Assembly: GCA_963676915.2 (NCBI GenBank)
Contig: CAXXVK010000027.1
Span: 69,797-133,796 of the forward strand
Direction: 5' to 3'
Source of the DNA: Myxococcota bacterium
Lineage (GTDB): Bacteria; Myxococcota_A; SURF-8; G963663525
DNA: 64,000 nucleotides
Shown: piece by piece, positions 58,809 through 64,000 of the stretch
How the letters are laid out: each line of letters opens with the position of its first letter
Position numbering within the stretch: position 1 is the stretch's first letter
Translations under genes and position numbers: made by a program
The notes under the pieces: model-generated
What the model was told of the DNA's origin: nothing
The model's database searches: none
What the model saw: only the letters and a program-made list of their open reading frames with translations

Positions 58809-59648
58809 CTAAAAATATGTAAACGATACGTTTAAACCGACCCCGAGATGGTGGGTTTGAAAACGTCCGGTTTTCAATTCCAATGTCTCGTAAGACGGTC
58901 TGAAGGATAGAAACGACTCGTCCGAGTATTTCGAGGTCAACGTTGAAAACAGGACGTTGTATGTTAACGCCAATTCTACGCCGAAGCCCCAGTTTTCACT
59001 AATGGAAAACTCTCTGCCAACTTCGGCGGTCGCTCCCATTCCCGCCCTCCACATGTGCAGGTAATGCTCGGGACCGTCCAGGAAACCACCTCGTCGATTG
59101 GCCAGGGAATACGATGTAAACAGCCCCCTCGCTCCGGCTGTAATATAGAAGTTAGGATTGAAATAGTGCGTGGTGCCGATTCCAAACGAAAAATGGGTAA
59201 ATTGCCGAAAATTGGACGGATTTGAATCGTAACCGGAATAAAACGCAACTCCCAAATCGGCGTGCAAAGCCGTATCCGGCTGGAATGATCCACCTAGCGA
59301 AAGAGACATCGACGGACCGATAACAATCAATTGTGAATCTTTGGCACTTAAACTGCCGTCGTAAATGTCATCGGTACATTCTTCTTTTTTACCACTACAA
59401 TCGAACATCCGCAGGGACTCGACCGCCTGACCTCGATCCCAGATGCCGGCAAATCCAAAACCCGGTTTCATCCGCAAAAAGAAACCTTCCCGGACGTGAA
59501 TCACGGAGTCTGAAACGTTTTCCACTGGTTCGGGAGGTTCGTACAAATCGGATTCGTCAAAATCATCTGCTTGGGCAGCGTTTGGTTTCATGCAACAAAC
59601 CATGACAAGCAGTAGCCAGAAGATGTTGAAAACGTTTCGAAATCTCAT
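58809..59648 (-). CDS. Hypothetical outer-membrane beta-barrel protein
   Basis: Signal peptide (AQA), alternating amphipathic strands, C-terminal SFTYF; GGAG RBS. Confidence 0.65.
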   Translation of the reverse strand: MRFRNVFNIFWLLLVMVCCMKPNAAQADDFDESDLYEPPEPVENVSDSVIHVREGFFLRMKPGFGFAGIWDRGQAVESLRMFDCSGKKEECTDDIYDGSLSAKDSQLIVIGPSMSLSLGGSFQPDTALHADLGVAFYSGYDSNPSNFRQFTHFSFGIGTTHYFNPNFYITAGARGLFTSYSLANRRGGFLDGPEHYLHMWRAGMGATAEVGREFSISENWGFGVELALTYNVLFSTLTSKYSDESFLSFRPSYETLELKTGRFQTHHLGVGLNVSFTYF

Positions 59649-60091
59649 TTTTTACACTCCGGTACCCTGCAACGCCACGCCTGGCGCGCCCATTGGAGGA
59701 CAGTTTTTCGACTCGTGTGATTCTGTCGGATCGGTGCCGTTCTTTTTTGATGAGTTGCTTCGTAAAAGAAATCCTTGCATCGAATTTTCGAAACGGTCGG
59801 TGGGTGAAGCTCCTACCCGACGGACTTCTGTAAACGGTTTTCGTCGATATCCACGGACGCCTGTAAATTTTTTCGGAGTTTGGCTTGGAAAGGCTATGAA
59901 AGGTGTTTGTTAGGTAACTGATTGATTTTTCGGGACTAATCGAGTTGTTTTTTTAATGTGGCCTCAAAAAGGACTGAAAGAACTGTTCTTTATCGTGGTT
60001 TTTATATAAGTGCAGTTTGTGAGATCGGGCCTTCTATGATAGCATTATCGATAGTACGCATGAAGATGCCCAACCATTCATCAAGGACTCG

Positions 60092-60373
60092 ATGCCAGGG
60101 AAACGCATCATGAACGACGCACGAAAAATCGAAGGGCGCAAGTATAAATACCGGGACAAGGGAATCGTCGAGGACGATCGGGGCCGTGTGGCCGGAATGT
60201 GGCTGCGCAAACGCAAAGGACGGGTCGAAACCATTCTTTTCGAGAAACCGATTCAGAAGGAAAAACCGTACAAGATCGAGCATAAAACGATCACGATCGA
60301 CGGTAAAACCTACAAGAATTATCCCGTCAAGGTATTTATCGAAGTCAACAATCTGACGCACTGGAACAAATAA
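60092..60373 (+). CDS. Small basic hypothetical protein
   Basis: AAGGA RBS, coding-like codon usage, directly upstream of mutS2. Confidence 0.55.
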   Translation: MPGKRIMNDARKIEGRKYKYRDKGIVEDDRGRVAGMWLRKRKGRVETILFEKPIQKEKPYKIEHKTITIDGKTYKNYPVKVFIEVNNLTHWNK

Positions 60374-60446
60374 ACGCTCGGCAAACGTCGAATCTCCAGT
60401 TCCGTCATCTCTCCCCTTTGCGCAACGGGGTATATCTGCAAATTCC

Positions 60447-62906
60447 ATGAATACGATCAATCTATCGGATAAAACTCTCCGCGATCTGGAGTGGCCCGGC
60501 ATCGTCGCGGCTCTTCAGGCCAGAACATCTACGCAACGAGGTTATCAATCCTGCGAAAACCTCGTTTTTTCAAGCACATCGGCAGACGCTCGGGAAGCTC
60601 TGGATCAGGTCGGCGAAATGATGCTCCTCATCGAAAAGGAAGAGGAACCTTCACTCGCCGGGATTCACGACGTGCGGCAGTGGGTCGTTGGGGCGAAAAA
60701 AGATATTCCCATCGAGCCGGAAGGTCTTGTGAACCTGCTCGAAACCATGGAATCCGCCCATCGGCTGCGACGGTTTTTCAAAACCTCGGAAAGCACACCG
60801 ACCCTCAAAAAGCTGCGCGATCGCTTCCACCTCGTCGAAGAGGTCACCGACGGCCTGGACGTGGCCGTGGATCGTGCTTCCAACCGCTTGCAGGACTGGG
60901 CAAGTCCTGCGCTGGGCGAATTGCGCGACCGCGCCGAATCGTTGCAGCAAAGGGTTCGTGAGACGATTCAACGCATCATGCGGCGCAAGGAAGTGGCCGA
61001 AATCCTTCAGGATGAGTATTTTACCGTTCGTGACGACCGCTACGTGCTGCCCGTACTCAGTGGACGCAAGAACATGCTGTCGGGCATCGTGCATGGTTCC
61101 TCCGCCACGGGACAGACGATGTATATCGAGCCGCAGGAACTCGTGAATCTCAACAACGAGTTGAAGGTCGCCCGGATGGAGGTCGAGCGGGAAGAACGCC
61201 GTATTCTGCGCGAGTTGTCCGAACTCGTCGCGACCCACTCCGAGAAAATCCTGCGCAATCTCGATGCGTTGGAGTGGATCGACCTGTTGTTGGCCAAGGC
61301 GAAACTGGGAATCGAGTGGAACGCTTCCATCCCGGAAATCACCGAAGAACCCCAAGCCGACCTGATCGAAGCGCGCCACCCGATGTTGTTGCTCAAGGGG
61401 ACGAATGTCGTTGCCAACGATTTGCGAATCGGCAGCGATTTCAGGGTGCTGGTGTTGTCGGGCGCGAACACGGGCGGCAAAACCGTAGCCCTGAAAACCG
61501 TGGGACTGTGCGTGTTGCTGGCCATGGCGGGAATTCCCGTTCCTTGCAAAAACGGCAGCAAAATCGGGATGTTTCGTGAAATCGTCACCGTCATGGGGGA
61601 CGAGCAGTCCCTCTCGGACGACCTTTCGACCTTCAGCGGAAACCTCGTCAAGCTCAACCGCGTGCTCTCGCAATGCGGCTCGGAATCGCTGGTGCTGCTG
61701 GATGAAATCATCGTCGGTACCGAACCCACCGAAGGCGCAGCGCTGGCCCAGGCCATTTTGGAAAGTTTTGCCGACCGGGGAGCCTGCGCCATCGTCACGA
61801 CGCACTACGAACCGTTGAAACGTATGGCGTTCGCCCGAAAAGATTTCACCAACGCCGCTGTCGGCTGCGATCCCACCACCTGGAAGCCGACCTACCGGGT
61901 ATCCATCGGATTGCCCGGAACCTCCGCCGCCTTGCAAATCGCACTGGACCTGGGTACGGATTCGTCGGTCATCGCCCGTGCACGAGCCGTGTTGGAAGGT
62001 CGCGAAGATCCCGATTCGGACTCTCTGGTCAAAGATCTCGAAGCCCGCTTGCAGGAAGCGAACGATCGCAACAAAGCGCTGGAACTTCAGAGGATCGAAC
62101 TGGAGGAAATGAAAGCCCGCCTGGAAGCCCGGCTCGACGAGATCGAAGAACGCGAGCAGGAAGAAGAGCTGGTGCGGGTACGGGTGCGCAACGATCTGAT
62201 GAAACAAACCGAGAACGAGTTGAAATCGCTGGTGAAATCCTTGCAGAAATCCAAGGATATGCGGGCGACGAACGAAGAACTCCAAAAGATACGGCGCGAC
62301 ATCAAGAGCGCCGCCAAAGACGAAAAGTTTTTGGAGGAACAAACCGAGGCAAAACAGGAAGAAGAACGACAAAACGCGTCGAAATCGACGAAAAGTTCGT
62401 CTTCCGCGCTGCGTAGCGTGCGCATTCCAGATCTGGAAACCAATGGAATTCTGCTGGAAGAACCGGACAAACGCGGGTTCGCGCTGATCGAAATCGGTTC
62501 GATCAAAATGCGCCTGGAGCGTTCTCGGTACGTGGAACTCGACGGCGAAGGCGTGGAAGCCAAGGCAGGAATCAAAAAAGCCACGCTGATGGAAGCCATC
62601 GAGCAATCCAAAGCCGAGGCGAAAAACAAAACCAAGACGGGTAACGCTTTCGGTAGCAATGCTCTGTCGCTCGATTTGCGCGGCGAAACGGTCGAAACGG
62701 GTCTGGAAAAACTGGAAAGCTTTTTGGACCGCAGTTTCCGTAACGGCATCGGCCGTGCTACGGTGATTCACGGCCATGGCACCGGAAGGTTGAAAAACGC
62801 GGTGCGCGAGTATCTTCCCGACGCACCTTTCGTCACGCGCTGGCGTCCGGGAGAAAAGGGAGAAGGCGGCGACGGTGTAACCGTCGTACGTATCGCGCCA
62901 CGCTGA
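60447..62906 (+). CDS. mutS2: Endonuclease/ribosome-collision factor MutS2
   Basis: GIVHGSSATGQT, ARHPML, GANTGGKT Walker A, LSTFSG, TTHY, coiled coil and Smr domain (DLRG...IHGHGTGRLK...GGDGVT). Confidence 0.96.
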   Translation: MNTINLSDKTLRDLEWPGIVAALQARTSTQRGYQSCENLVFSSTSADAREALDQVGEMMLLIEKEEEPSLAGIHDVRQWVVGAKKDIPIEPEGLVNLLETMESAHRLRRFFKTSESTPTLKKLRDRFHLVEEVTDGLDVAVDRASNRLQDWASPALGELRDRAESLQQRVRETIQRIMRRKEVAEILQDEYFTVRDDRYVLPVLSGRKNMLSGIVHGSSATGQTMYIEPQELVNLNNELKVARMEVEREERRILRELSELVATHSEKILRNLDALEWIDLLLAKAKLGIEWNASIPEITEEPQADLIEARHPMLLLKGTNVVANDLRIGSDFRVLVLSGANTGGKTVALKTVGLCVLLAMAGIPVPCKNGSKIGMFREIVTVMGDEQSLSDDLSTFSGNLVKLNRVLSQCGSESLVLLDEIIVGTEPTEGAALAQAILESFADRGACAIVTTHYEPLKRMAFARKDFTNAAVGCDPTTWKPTYRVSIGLPGTSAALQIALDLGTDSSVIARARAVLEGREDPDSDSLVKDLEARLQEANDRNKALELQRIELEEMKARLEARLDEIEEREQEEELVRVRVRNDLMKQTENELKSLVKSLQKSKDMRATNEELQKIRRDIKSAAKDEKFLEEQTEAKQEEERQNASKSTKSSSSALRSVRIPDLETNGILLEEPDKRGFALIEIGSIKMRLERSRYVELDGEGVEAKAGIKKATLMEAIEQSKAEAKNKTKTGNAFGSNALSLDLRGETVETGLEKLESFLDRSFRNGIGRATVIHGHGTGRLKNAVREYLPDAPFVTRWRPGEKGEGGDGVTVVRIAPR

Positions 62907-62953
62907 AAACAAGCGTATTAGGCAAAATTCCGCTTGCACGAAACAGGTGAAAA

Positions 62954-63775
62954 ATGAAAGATTTCGAAGGGTTCGAAATGTCATTCAAAGTTTCTTTACA
63001 GGAGATGATGGAAACCGCCGAATACCTTTGGCAAAACGGCTGGGCCGAGTGCAACGGCGGGAACCTCTCCGTCCGTTTGGATGACCTGGACGGCGAAGAG
63101 CTTGATTTTCCAGAGAAAACCCCTTCGGTCTCTTTGAATCGCAGCTATTCGAGACTGGCCGGAAAACGGTTTCTGGTCACCGGATCGGGACGACGGTTTC
63201 GCGACCTTGCAAAGAAGCCCGAAGCCAACGCCTGCCTGCTGGTTCTGGACGACAACGGCGCGTCCTATCGGATCGCATGGGGCGGCGCATCGAAAAAACC
63301 TTTTCGTCCAACTTCCGAATTGCCGTCGCACCTGCTGATTCACGATTTTCTCGTGCAACGCCATCCCGAGCGCCGAACGCTGGTTCATACCCACCCAACA
63401 GAGTTGATCGCATTGACCCACATGCCGGAATTCCAGGACGAACAAGCGCTCAATCATGCCTTGTGGGGAATGCTGCCCGAAGTCAAAGCCGTGGTTCCCA
63501 AAGGTGTGGGTTTTGCTCCGTACGCTTTACCGGGATCGGAGCAACTGGCCCAAGTGACGCTCGATTCGTTTTCCCTGGGTCACCCTGCGGTGCTTTGGGC
63601 GATGCATGGTTGTATCGCCATGGGAGGCGATGCGCTGGAAGCTTTCGACATCATCGACACGCTGAACAAGGCCGCGAAAATTCTGTTGCACTGTCGTTCC
63701 GTCGGAGTGAAACCGATCGGGTTGAACTCCGATCAACTCGACGAACTGGTGCGGGCTTTCGGATTGGAAGAATAA
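62954..63775 (+). CDS. rhaD: Rhamnulose-1-phosphate aldolase (class II aldolase)
   Basis: GWAECNGGNLS, TGSGRRFR, PTSELPSH, HTHPTELIA, WAMHG; start may be the second Met. Confidence 0.82.
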   Translation: MKDFEGFEMSFKVSLQEMMETAEYLWQNGWAECNGGNLSVRLDDLDGEELDFPEKTPSVSLNRSYSRLAGKRFLVTGSGRRFRDLAKKPEANACLLVLDDNGASYRIAWGGASKKPFRPTSELPSHLLIHDFLVQRHPERRTLVHTHPTELIALTHMPEFQDEQALNHALWGMLPEVKAVVPKGVGFAPYALPGSEQLAQVTLDSFSLGHPAVLWAMHGCIAMGGDALEAFDIIDTLNKAAKILLHCRSVGVKPIGLNSDQLDELVRAFGLEE

Positions 63776-63872
63776 ATCGAGATTTCGTGATCTGTCGATT
63801 CAAACGCTTGACAAATTCGGTTGGAGACTCCACCTTTAACCATTCACGAACCTTTCGCGAAAAGGAGATGCA

Positions 63873-64000
63873 ATGGATCGCGAAGCTCTGGAAAAAGTCA
63901 TTGAAACGAAAATCCGCCCCGGTTTGCGCATGGACGGCGGCAACATCGAGTTGGTCAATGTCGAAGACGACAAAATCTATGTCCGGCTCGTCGGTGCTTG
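63873..64000 (+). CDS. NifU-C/Nfu family Fe-S carrier (partial; runs off the window)
   Basis: AAGGAG RBS; MDREALEKVIETKIRPGLRMDGGNIELVNVEDDKIYVRLVGA(C). Confidence 0.88.
   Translation, partial: MDREALEKVIETKIRPGLRMDGGNIELVNVEDDKIYVRLVGA

Noticed and set aside
60651-62984. 777-aa ORF antisense to mutS2
   Set aside because: Shadow ORF; no recognisable domain

Overview
Bacterial chromosomal window, most consistent with a deltaproteobacterial/Myxococcota-like lineage (inferred from gene order, a YlxR-L7Ae fusion and many acidic or Cys-rich lipoproteins). Core genes are rimP-nusA-ylxRQ-infB-rbfA-nrnA, mnmA/tilS, ffs-dnaX-ybaB-recR, bioB, gyrA, mutS2, rhaD and a partial nfu. Between them lie accessory envelope modules: (i) FadL-like channel + Cys-rich lipoprotein + GH31; (ii) EndoQ divergent from a coiled-coil/RAMA-like/histone-H1-like protein; (iii) a beta-propeller lipoprotein; (iv) DUF1302 porin-TetR-MMPL-LolA-like operon; (v) mlaF-mlaD without mlaE; (vi) a coupled epimerase-carbamoyltransferase-B12 radical SAM-DegT-FAD oxidoreductase-PP-loop amidotransferase-GT-C operon between lipoprotein genes, the best candidate for an undescribed system; (vii) lipoproteins plus a second DUF1302 porin. 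Intergenic DNA carries at least four families of REP-like palindromes and a nested MITE/REP structure upstream of gyrA. Four +1 frameshifts, three of them in homopolymers, break three genes and may be assembly errors or slippage. No CRISPR array, tRNA, rRNA or intact transposase was seen. All family assignments come from motif recognition by eye, not database searches.
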